DNA from: an uncultured virus (IMG/VR IMGVR_UViG_3300005663_000039)
Lineage: Duplodnaviria; Heunggongvirae; Uroviricota; Caudoviricetes
DNA length: 35,603 bases
Direction: 5' to 3' (one strand)
Virus record (IMG/VR): IMGVR_UViG_3300005663_000039
Below the pieces are notes generated by a model. It did not search any database. It saw only the letters and a program-made list of their open reading frames with translations, and had not been told where the DNA came from. The position numbers and the translations under genes were made by a program. Shown one piece after another: positions 1-7,158 of this stretch. How positions within the stretch are numbered: the first letter of the stretch is position 1; each line of letters opens with the position of its first letter.

Positions 1-5
1 TGAGG

Positions 6-179
6 ATGAAAATAGGAGTTGAGACTGAGACGGCGCAGATATATTGGTGCATCGTCTGTCAGATGGGTAAGACACCAGAGCAAGGTGACACTTGTGGACA
101 CTGCACGGGTAAGATGGCCGCCGCTGTTCTTACCATCATCACCCCAACGGTTGAATCTGAGGTGGATAAGGAGGACTGA
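6..179 (+). CDS. Small zinc-ribbon protein (57 aa)
   Basis: Read by hand: MKIGVETETAQIYWCIVCQMGKTPEQGDTCGHCTGK...; two CxxC pairs; ends just before the next ATG. Confidence 0.6.
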   Translation: MKIGVETETAQIYWCIVCQMGKTPEQGDTCGHCTGKMAAAVLTIITPTVESEVDKED

Positions 180-180
180 T

Positions 181-393
181 ATGTGGGAGACACGCGAGAT
201 CGAGCCGATCGCTGAGGAGGACCAGCGCGCGATCCTCGAAGAGCACGCGGCTGTCGACGGGCCACTGAAAGAGCCGCCGCAGCCTGAGATAGATTTCTGC
301 TCGAAGTGCGGAGAGCACGCTGAGTTTGAGTGGGATGAGGACGATGGATTCTTGTCTGTCTGCTGTGGCACGAGGCCGCATAGCCATGAATAA
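181..393 (+). CDS. Acidic Cys-containing hypothetical protein
   Basis: AAGGAGG RBS before ATG 181; CSKC...CC motif. Confidence 0.7.
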   Translation: MWETREIEPIAEEDQRAILEEHAAVDGPLKEPPQPEIDFCSKCGEHAEFEWDEDDGFLSVCCGTRPHSHE

Positions 394-559
394 GGAAGAT
401 TGGTTCGCACACTACGAAGAAGTACTTGCCGATCATCCTGAGCTGACCGAGGATGAGGCGGTAGAAATGGCCTTTGATCGACAACGAGACGCTTACGCTG
501 CGCTCGCTGATCGTATCAATGATGAGATGAAGGACCCACTACTAAAGAGGAAAGTATGA
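386..559 (+). CDS. Hypothetical protein
   Basis: Overlaps previous stop; helical acidic product MNKEDWFAHYEEVLADHPEL... Confidence 0.7.
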   Translation: MNKEDWFAHYEEVLADHPELTEDEAVEMAFDRQRDAYAALADRINDEMKDPLLKRKV

Positions 560-714
560 GTAAGGACGAGGTCTTCATTCTGTTCGGGCTGGTCTGCATC
601 GCCGTGATAGTTCTGCTTACAGCCTGGGTCTGTCGCGCGATCAGGTCTTACGAGATACATAGACAGTATGAGATGTACTTTGGGAAGTTTAACGAGGAGG
701 AGGATGATGGCTAG
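556..714 (+). CDS. Small single-pass membrane protein (52 aa)
   Basis: ATGA overlap; MSKDEVFILFGLVCIAVIVLLTAWVC... hydrophobic stretch. Confidence 0.65.
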   Translation: MSKDEVFILFGLVCIAVIVLLTAWVCRAIRSYEIHRQYEMYFGKFNEEEDDG

Positions 715-1090
715 TCCAATCGAGTATCAAGGTAAGCCGATGACATTCGACCCAACCAATATCTCTGTCTTGAGAGTGGTTCAACTGTTGTACCGAGGCA
801 CACCCCAGGTAGTGATCCTGGAGCCTGGAGACGCGACTAGGTATGTCTTACTGTTGGTCCCTCTAGGTACTGGCATAGCCCCTTATCTAGGTGACTACGG
901 TATTCTTTCTAGAGAATCAAACCAGTACCTTTTTGTGAGCAAGCTGGCAGGTGAAGAGTGTCTAGGGACTTGGATACCTTTTGGTCAAGATCGAGTCGTC
1001 CGCACCCACAATGTTGTGCCACTTAGTAATAACGAGTGGTCCAGACAGTTTTTAGCGTGGTGGTTTACTTCTCTGTATGAATATTTGTAA
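707..1090 (+). CDS. Hypothetical protein, paralogue of 18604-18987
   Basis: GGAGG RBS; 127 aa, aligns without gaps to the minus-strand gene at 18604-18987. Confidence 0.9.
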   Translation: MASPIEYQGKPMTFDPTNISVLRVVQLLYRGTPQVVILEPGDATRYVLLLVPLGTGIAPYLGDYGILSRESNQYLFVSKLAGEECLGTWIPFGQDRVVRTHNVVPLSNNEWSRQFLAWWFTSLYEYL

Positions 1091-1101
1091 GGAGAAAGAC
1101 G

Positions 1102-1467
1102 ATGGCTGAGCTGCGTGATGTAGAGACTTGTGGTCACGAGTCTGACGGCGGTTGGATGTACCTGCACTCCAAGTGTCATGACAGTGAACCAACATGGGCA
1201 CGTGTGAAAGGTCGCACCCTAGAGGTGATATGTGGAGAGTGCGACAAACAAGTTACTACATTCTTACTCGCTGAAGAGACAGAAGGTCCTGAGTTTGAGG
1301 AGTTTCAACGTGACAACGAAAGTCACGTTGATGCTGTTGCACAGGTGATCCACGGCCTCCCGGGCTGGGCTGAGCTGCATCTTGAGGATAAGGAATTCTC
1401 TATCGAGAGTGCACGACGGGTGATCGACACCTTCTACGTTCTTTCAAGAGAGGAGAACGATGACTAG
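1102..1467 (+). CDS. Zinc-binding hypothetical protein; N-terminal domain related to 17609-18184
   Basis: AAGGAG RBS; WMYLHSKCH...TW...CGEC matches WVYLHAVCH...TW...CKEC. Confidence 0.8.
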   Translation: MAELRDVETCGHESDGGWMYLHSKCHDSEPTWARVKGRTLEVICGECDKQVTTFLLAEETEGPEFEEFQRDNESHVDAVAQVIHGLPGWAELHLEDKEFSIESARRVIDTFYVLSREENDD

Positions 1468-1618
1468 AGCCCCAACGAAGATGATCGACGGTGTCACTGT
1501 TCTTGACAACGAGTCTGGGAACAAGTTCTTTCACAAGCATAAGAGCCCGAAGGCTAGGTTGAGTAAGAGGAAGAACCGCAAGCGGACGAAGGTTAGTCGA
1601 AAGAGAAACCGAAGGTAA
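1460..1618 (+). CDS. Small highly basic protein (52 aa)
   Basis: AGGAG RBS; ends KARLSKRKNRKRTKVSRKRNRR. Confidence 0.6.
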   Translation: MTRAPTKMIDGVTVLDNESGNKFFHKHKSPKARLSKRKNRKRTKVSRKRNRR

Positions 1619-1619
1619 G

Positions 1620-2099
1620 ATGCCCAAGATTAACCTCGAACTGAAAGACGTTGGGTGTCGTAAGCCTGGGTGTCAAAGGCGGATGGAACCGACTAGCCGT
1701 CACCACCGCCAGAACGAGAGCTTGTTCATCAACGCTTTCGGCGACCGTCACGCCAAGATGAGAACCAAGACGTACAAGGCTCTCGTCCAACGCTATGCTT
1801 CCTTCGATGAGCGGGACATCATCAGGATCTGCAACTGGCATCACTGTGAGATCCACCTTATGTACGATGAGGCGATCAACGAAGACAGGCAGTTGCACTT
1901 AAAGCCTATGCTTGAGTATACTTGGCAAGAGGCCAACTCGTTGATGAGAGCCTTGCGTAAACTGTGCTACAAATGGGAGAAAGAGGAGACACCTGGCAGG
2001 GATCCTGCGGACTGTACCTTCGCGAAGAGATTCCCTCTACTCGTCGCTCCTCGGCAGGTGCAGAAGCGGGGACGGCGTAATAGAAAGGCTAAGAAATGA
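1620..2099 (+). CDS. HNH-like nuclease-fold protein
   Basis: C-x4-C...RHH...ICNWHHCEIH resembles the zinc-bound HNH pattern. Confidence 0.55.
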   Translation: MPKINLELKDVGCRKPGCQRRMEPTSRHHRQNESLFINAFGDRHAKMRTKTYKALVQRYASFDERDIIRICNWHHCEIHLMYDEAINEDRQLHLKPMLEYTWQEANSLMRALRKLCYKWEKEETPGRDPADCTFAKRFPLLVAPRQVQKRGRRNRKAKK

Positions 2100-2341
2100 A
2101 GACTCGACGGATGAAGATTCATAACATGAAGATAGAAGCACCTCAGCCTGAGACTATGGACGAGCTGCGGGAGTTCGTGAGCGATGAAGATGATCTGTTC
2201 TTCCTTGCTCTTAGAGGTTTCGACCAGGTTCGTATGACCTTTCTGCGTACTCAGATAATGAAGGGATCTCTTAGTAGGGTGTCTATACGTAGACTGGCCA
2301 AGCTCTATCACTATCACCGCCAAACTAAATTTCAGCCCTGA
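2096..2341 (+). CDS. Hypothetical protein
   Basis: ATGA overlap with previous gene. Confidence 0.65.
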   Translation: MKTRRMKIHNMKIEAPQPETMDELREFVSDEDDLFFLALRGFDQVRMTFLRTQIMKGSLSRVSIRRLAKLYHYHRQTKFQP

Positions 2342-2357
2342 ACATCCCGAGTCTGGG

Positions 2358-2387
2358 TTGACAAGATAGCCCTCTGGGGGTTATATT
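2358..2387 (+). promoter_or_regulatory. Sigma70-type promoter
   Basis: TTGACA (2358-2363), 18-nt spacer, TATATT (2382-2387) in an intergenic gap. Confidence 0.65.
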
Positions 2388-2417
2388 CATAAACCAATCC
2401 CCACCCTCGAGGCGAGT

Positions 2418-2786
2418 GTGAACGAGAAAAAGGATGTCATCACCGTTTGGATCGCCAACGAGGCAGGTCACCCTTACCACAAAGTAAGAGAGAAGCTGGG
2501 TGACGATGTACTTATCAAACCACTCAGCCTTGGAGACATAAACCCTCTCCGAACTGACCGTATCGCGTGGCACTTAGGCAATGGTATAGCGAAGTTCGTG
2601 AAGGAGACCGACTGTTTACTGATCAGCGGTACTCCCATAGTGAACGCGCTGGCTTTAACAATGTGGCTGCAAATGTTTCCGATGGTACGACTCGCTCTCT
2701 GGGACGCGAAGAAGCGTGAATACATTATCTCCACAGTCGAGCGAGAGAACCTAGCGAGGATTCTGCAGCGGCACGTAGAGAGGTGA
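2418..2786 (+). CDS. Conserved phage alpha/beta protein, distant homologue of 22674-23006
   Basis: GTG start; VWIANE...DCLLISGTP...LWD pattern is shared with VFIIQE...DFILPNGDP...KFD. Confidence 0.7.
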   Translation: MNEKKDVITVWIANEAGHPYHKVREKLGDDVLIKPLSLGDINPLRTDRIAWHLGNGIAKFVKETDCLLISGTPIVNALALTMWLQMFPMVRLALWDAKKREYIISTVERENLARILQRHVER

Positions 2787-2787
2787 G

Positions 2788-3003
2788 ATGGAGGATGAGG
2801 CAGACGTTGTCACTATCACCGCTAGGCTTCCGAAAGAGCTTGGAGATTGGGTGAATGAGGAATTTCCGCGTGGGTTCAAGCAACGATTCATGCACCAGTG
2901 CTTTGACTCACTGCGTCACGTTCTGACTACAGGAGAGTTACCGCCCGAGAGTGAATACGCTCGGCTGGCCTCTCTCGAAGCAATGAAAAGGATGGCAAGC
3001 TGA
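2788..3003 (+). CDS. Possible ribbon-helix-helix DNA-binding protein
   Basis: GAGGT RBS; VTITARLPKELGDWV resembles the CopG/Arc strand-helix start. Confidence 0.5.
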   Translation: MEDEADVVTITARLPKELGDWVNEEFPRGFKQRFMHQCFDSLRHVLTTGELPPESEYARLASLEAMKRMAS

Positions 3004-3215
3004 TGACTGACGTCGATCCGTGGAAACACCGGAGCGAGAACATGAGCTGCTACAGTTGTATGTGGTTCGTGGAGAAAGCAAGGACGAATCCTGCCCCTGA
3101 AGAGCAGGCACCTCTCGGTCGCTGTCGCCGGCGTTGTCCAACGATGAACGGTTATCCAGCTGTATTCGCCCACGATTGGTGCGGTGACCACAAGCTGGAC
3201 GAGAACAAGATCTGA
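3003..3215 (+). CDS. Cys-rich small phage protein
   Basis: CxxC...GRCRRRCP...DWCGDH metal-binding pattern. Confidence 0.75.
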   Translation: MTDVDPWKHRSENMSCYSCMWFVEKARTNPAPEEQAPLGRCRRRCPTMNGYPAVFAHDWCGDHKLDENKI

Positions 3216-3220
3216 GAATT

Positions 3221-3378
3221 AGGTGAGCCGATGCTGATGGGTTACCTAGAGGAAAGAACCCACAAGCGCCAACTTGTTCACCTTGCTGTTTGATATACTG
3301 TCCCTGAGCCGATTGTGATGGGTTATCCTGCTAAGATATCTCCCACACGGTAGTTTCTTGCTTCGGGACTTTACTTTG
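3221..3378 (+). ncRNA. Candidate tandem structured RNA motif (two related hairpins)
   Basis: TGAGCCGATNNTGATGGGTTA at 3224 and 3305 (19/21 identical). Each copy pairs TG(A)TGGG with CCCACA and is closed by a different outer stem; a T-rich tract follows. Confidence 0.5.
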
Positions 3379-3392
3379 AAGGGAGGTGTCCA

Positions 3393-3488
3393 ATGACACA
3401 GCCGGTACCTATTAACGGCAACGAGAGGCGGACAGCGGGTCGCCACCGCAGCCTCCCTTCATCCGTCCTCGTCTCAGCAAGGTCTTAA
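3393..3488 (+). CDS. Putative 31-aa peptide
   Basis: Strong GGGAGGT RBS; MTQPVPINGNERRTAGRHRSLPSSVLVSARS. Confidence 0.45.
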   Translation: MTQPVPINGNERRTAGRHRSLPSSVLVSARS

Positions 3489-3502
3489 CACGGCGCCTTG
3501 AT

Positions 3503-3595
3503 CTGAGAAAGCCACTGTGGATGCAGTAGCAGCCTGTGAACGGTGTGAGCCGTTTAAGCTTCAGAAGCACAGGCCGGGGGCTTGCTCTAGCTCAG
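3503..3595 (+). ncRNA. Candidate multibranched RNA structure
   Basis: Nested pairings CTGAG/CTCAG, AAGCC/GGCTT, ACTG/CAGT, GCCTGTG/CACAGGC, AACGG/CCGTT. Confidence 0.35.
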
Positions 3596-3642
3596 AGGAC
3601 TAAAAGTATGAAGCGGGTAAGATGTTCAACCAATGAACAACT

Positions 3643-4176
3643 ATGACAGATCTACAAGTCGTCTCGACTAAGGGACAAGATCTGCTCGAACGATTTGCCT
3701 TAATACCTAAACCCCCTCCCGTCATCGACGCGTCCATGCTCAGCGCTTCAGAGAGGTTACTCAGTAAAGCTATTCTTGATAAAGACACTGATTGTTGGCT
3801 CTGGATTGCTTCCAAACACTCAAGCGGCTACGGAGCGTTTTGGTTCAACTGTAGGATGGACAACGCCCACAGGGTTTCATATAGAATATTCGTAGGGTAT
3901 ATCCCTCTAGGTCTCTTTGTTCTTCACCGATGCGATGTAAGGATCTGCATAAATCCAGCCCATTTATTTATAGGGTCACAGTCAGATAATATAAGAGACG
4001 CGATATTTAAGGGACGTATCTCTTCAGAAATATTAGCTACTAAACTAACAAGAAATGAAGCGAATGAAATACGTTGGCTGAAGGGAAAGAGGTCGCAAGG
4101 AGAACTCGCCAAAACTTACGGAGTAAATCAATCTCATATCAGCCGTATTCAGTCCGGCAAGGTCTGGACAACATGA
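3643..4176 (+). CDS. HNH homing endonuclease with C-terminal HTH, fused to the first 34 codons of the exonuclease gene
   Basis: CWLW...GYG...AHRVSY...VLHRCDVRICINPAHL...DN motif; HTH SQGELAKTYGVNQSHISRI; AT-rich relative to flanks. Confidence 0.92.
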   Translation: MTDLQVVSTKGQDLLERFALIPKPPPVIDASMLSASERLLSKAILDKDTDCWLWIASKHSSGYGAFWFNCRMDNAHRVSYRIFVGYIPLGLFVLHRCDVRICINPAHLFIGSQSDNIRDAIFKGRISSEILATKLTRNEANEIRWLKGKRSQGELAKTYGVNQSHISRIQSGKVWTT

Positions 4177-4274
4177 CTGATCTTCCAGTAGTCTCAACCA
4201 AAGGACAGGATTTGCTGCAGAAATTCGGCTTAATTCCTAAGCCGCCCCCCGTTATAGATGCATCTATGTTATCT
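3643..4274 (+). repeat. Protein-level direct repeat: 3643-3744 versus 4173-4274
   Basis: 30 of 34 amino acids identical, but only 9 of 34 codons identical (21 synonymous changes). Confidence 0.95.
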
Positions 4275-5141
4275 ACTTTTATGGACTGCCCTTCCAAGTT
4301 CTACCTTCGCTACGTTCTCGGCCTTCGGCCAAAGCGAAAGGACCCCACCAAAGACGGTAACCTTGACTGGGGCACTTGCTGGCACGAAGCAATGTTCGCC
4401 TTCATGGAAACCGCTGACGAAGGGAAAGAGGCACGAATAATCGCTGGCCTAAAAGCGATTGACGAGACCTATCCTGTCTATCTCACACCTGACGTTGATA
4501 AGGTGAAGCGGTCGAAGGATCGGATGATCGAGCAGTTCTTTGCCTATGTCGAGAGGTGGCTCAAGAAGGAGAATGAGTACGAGGTCCTTCGGAATGAGCA
4601 GTACTTCGATGTGCTAGATGAAGAGACCGGCCTTCGCTGGTGTGGTCGGATGGACTCTATCCGTCGAGTGCTTCGTAACAAAAAGGTCAGAGTGTGGGAT
4701 TACAAAACTACCAAGGCGATGGGAGACACGTACTTCGATCAGTTCGAGATCTCCTTTCAGTTCCCGGGGTACGTCTGGTCTGCCGGGCAGATGATGACTG
4801 ACGACGTTTGGGAGATAACTGTCGACGTGATGTACACTATCTCCAAGTCGTTTAACTTCTTTGAGCGTACCTTCCGATACGATGAGTTCCGCCTGGCTGA
4901 GTGGCAACGTAACGTCAAGCGCATCGTCGATCGGATTCACTTCATGCTCGAGAACCATCTCTATCAGCCTGAGATGTGGGACAAGAACTGGGGTGACTGC
5001 ACGCGGTACGGTAAGTGCAGATTCTTCGTTGTTCACTCTCTCAATCCCCGGGGTGAAGGTAGACTCCTTGAGTTGAGAGATAACTTCGACATAAGCAGAT
5101 GGGATCCTTCAGCAGTCGCAGGAGAGGAGACAGACCAATGA
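4173..5141 (+). CDS. PD-(D/E)XK exonuclease (Cas4/RecB-like)
   Basis: SMLSTFMDCPSKF, WGTCWH, GRMD, VWDYKT motifs; C-terminal C-x5-C-x5-H; starts at an ATGA overlap with the HNH stop. Confidence 0.88.
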   Translation: MTDLPVVSTKGQDLLQKFGLIPKPPPVIDASMLSTFMDCPSKFYLRYVLGLRPKRKDPTKDGNLDWGTCWHEAMFAFMETADEGKEARIIAGLKAIDETYPVYLTPDVDKVKRSKDRMIEQFFAYVERWLKKENEYEVLRNEQYFDVLDEETGLRWCGRMDSIRRVLRNKKVRVWDYKTTKAMGDTYFDQFEISFQFPGYVWSAGQMMTDDVWEITVDVMYTISKSFNFFERTFRYDEFRLAEWQRNVKRIVDRIHFMLENHLYQPEMWDKNWGDCTRYGKCRFFVVHSLNPRGEGRLLELRDNFDISRWDPSAVAGEETDQ

Positions 5142-6088
5142 CAACGACCCTGGCATATTCCGGACTGAGTAGTGGGACGCTAGGCAAGCGCCTGCATCTC
5201 ATGATATACGGCCCGTTCGGTACTCGGAAGACGCCTATCGCACACGGCCTGCCTCACACCAGAACTCTTGACTTCGACGATGGTATGCAGTCTGTCGAGT
5301 GGGCGATCTTGGCTGGCAAGCTCAATCGTACCTTGGACGACATCGTCTACGAGACAATCACTCCGCCTCCCTCCCTCGACGAATCGAAGAACGTGACATT
5401 CGATTATGCCAACGATAAGATCGACGAGTGGGTAGCGGACGAGGACGTCGATCCGAAGGACTGGCCTGAGTACTGCGCGGAGAAGAACGATGGCCGCGTA
5501 TTCAACCAGTTCTGGGACACGTTGATAATTGACTCTGGTACCAGTCTAACTACCGGGGTTATTGTCAAGGCACTGCAAGAAACACACCGTCTTGAGTTGT
5601 CCAAGAGTTGGTCTAAGCGGAACAAGAAGGGATTGACTCCTGTGATGATTCAAGATCGCGGCGCTGTGAACATTCTCTTCAGTAAGTTCATGACTGTGTG
5701 CTTTGGCACAGGGAAGAACATCGTCCTCATCTGCCATGAATATCAGAACGTGAACAAGAAGGGAGCCCTCCAAGGGGTCGAACCCCTCCTCTCAGGACAG
5801 CTTCGCCAAACAGTCCCAAAGGACTTTGACGAGGTCTGGTACTCCCGCATCAAAGGGACAGTGAAGGACAATCGAGGTGTCCTCCAAACCGCTGCTGACC
5901 CAATGAGGCGGTGTCGTTCTCGCCTCGGATGCCTCGACCCGATGGAAGAAGGGGACTTCGGGAAGATAAAAAGTAAAGTGGCGGAGTTTTACGGTGTTCA
6001 CGTAGACGACCTGTGGATCGCCTCGCATGGTACTGCAGAGGCTAGGGCGTTCGCCGAGGAGGAGGTCGAGAATGCGGTGATGGCTTAG
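5138..6088 (+). CDS. Sak4-like / AAA_24 P-loop ATPase (recombination)
   Basis: IYGPFGTRKT Walker A variant, LDFDDG, LIIDS Walker B, LICHE, FDEVWY; sits between exonuclease and SSB. Confidence 0.85.
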   Translation: MTTTLAYSGLSSGTLGKRLHLMIYGPFGTRKTPIAHGLPHTRTLDFDDGMQSVEWAILAGKLNRTLDDIVYETITPPPSLDESKNVTFDYANDKIDEWVADEDVDPKDWPEYCAEKNDGRVFNQFWDTLIIDSGTSLTTGVIVKALQETHRLELSKSWSKRNKKGLTPVMIQDRGAVNILFSKFMTVCFGTGKNIVLICHEYQNVNKKGALQGVEPLLSGQLRQTVPKDFDEVWYSRIKGTVKDNRGVLQTAADPMRRCRSRLGCLDPMEEGDFGKIKSKVAEFYGVHVDDLWIASHGTAEARAFAEEEVENAVMA

Positions 6089-6143
6089 AAGTACCTGTTG
6101 ACCGAAGGAACAAAAATTAAACTTAATATCAAGGAGCTGCAGT

Positions 6144-6536
6144 ATGCCGAGAGTCAATCTAAACCTGACGGAGGCCGAGAGCCTAAAGCCGATCCCAGAA
6201 GATGCTTATCCCGCTACCGTAATGGAGTGTGGAGAGCTGGCCGAGGGGCCGAAGGCTCACTATGTCCCCGTGAAGGTTGCGATCTCCGAAGGCGAGTGTG
6301 AGGGGCGGACGTTCTACGTCAACCTGCCCATTGAGGGTAAGGGGGCTGGGATCTTCGTCGACTTTATCAACAAGTGCCTCGACACTGATTACGACGTTGA
6401 CGACTTGGAGGAACTCGCCTTCGACACCGATGAATTGATCGGTGCAGAGCTGATCATCAACATTAAGAACGAAGAGTACCCGAAGGGTTCGGGCGACATT
6501 CGTTCCGGTGTGAAGTCGACCGCTCGCGCGGCGTAA
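6144..6536 (+). CDS. DUF669-like single-stranded DNA-binding protein
   Basis: AAGGAG RBS; PIPEDAYPATV...EGRTF...ELIG pattern; typical partner of Sak4. Confidence 0.75.
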   Translation: MPRVNLNLTEAESLKPIPEDAYPATVMECGELAEGPKAHYVPVKVAISEGECEGRTFYVNLPIEGKGAGIFVDFINKCLDTDYDVDDLEELAFDTDELIGAELIINIKNEEYPKGSGDIRSGVKSTARAA

Positions 6537-6561
6537 CCCTTCTCCCTCCTTCTCAGTTAAC

Positions 6562-7158
6562 GTGCTAGATCGTCCTGTTCAGATAGCAGAAGACTTAACC
6601 CGCAGAGCTGACACACTTAGTATGCTCGGGGAGTATGTACTGATCGAGTGTAATCAGAATGACTTGATGATCGGTAGTCTTCATATTCCATTAGAGGCCG
6701 CAGAAGTATACCCTACCTCAGGGTGGGTATTCGCACTCGGCCCAAAAGTTCAAGAAGAGCTATCTGTAGGCGACTTCGTGTTGATTGAGGAGGAGGGAGT
6801 AGATATTGACCATACGTACTATGACATGTTCGAGATCATACTGCGCATGGGAGACGGAAGTCTCGAAACAATCTGGGCTGAGATCGAGGTCGAGCCTGTA
6901 ATCAGAGAGCACGTATCTACGTTCCGACAAGGTGGAGGACTGGACAGTACTATCTCGTTAAAGGACACCAGAGTTGACGGGTCGATCTCATTCAATTGCT
7001 CAGATGTGGTAGATTGGCAGATAGGCCAGATGGCTAACCCTATCTACAGTCTCACCTACGTTCCAGTCTTTATGTTCTTCTTCCTTAACGAAGACGACGA
7101 ACAAGCCCTTTTCTACGTGACCAAGCCGAATAAAATTATCTCTAGAGTGGAGTACTGA
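6562..7158 (+). CDS. GroES/Cpn10-like co-chaperonin with a large insertion
   Basis: LGEYVLIE...GSLHIP...SGWVFALGP...LSVGDFVLI and C-terminal KIISRVE match GroES strands; about 100 extra residues between them. Confidence 0.7.
   Translation: MLDRPVQIAEDLTRRADTLSMLGEYVLIECNQNDLMIGSLHIPLEAAEVYPTSGWVFALGPKVQEELSVGDFVLIEEEGVDIDHTYYDMFEIILRMGDGSLETIWAEIEVEPVIREHVSTFRQGGGLDSTISLKDTRVDGSISFNCSDVVDWQIGQMANPIYSLTYVPVFMFFFLNEDDEQALFYVTKPNKIISRVEY

Noticed and set aside
3221..3560. Possible CRISPR mini-array from the TGAGCCG repeats, near a Cas4-like nuclease
   Set aside because: Only two 21-nt imperfect copies plus a 7-nt match; the intervening sequence pairs with the repeat; the nuclease is in an ordinary exonuclease-Sak4-SSB module
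3745..4172. Group I intron carrying the HNH gene
   Set aside because: The interval is fully occupied by the ORF, with no room for a ribozyme core, and the downstream gene is complete without splicing
4074..4172. N-terminal extension of the exonuclease in the ORF track
   Set aside because: It lies inside the HNH gene; the duplicated N-terminus and ATGA overlap identify 4173 as the start
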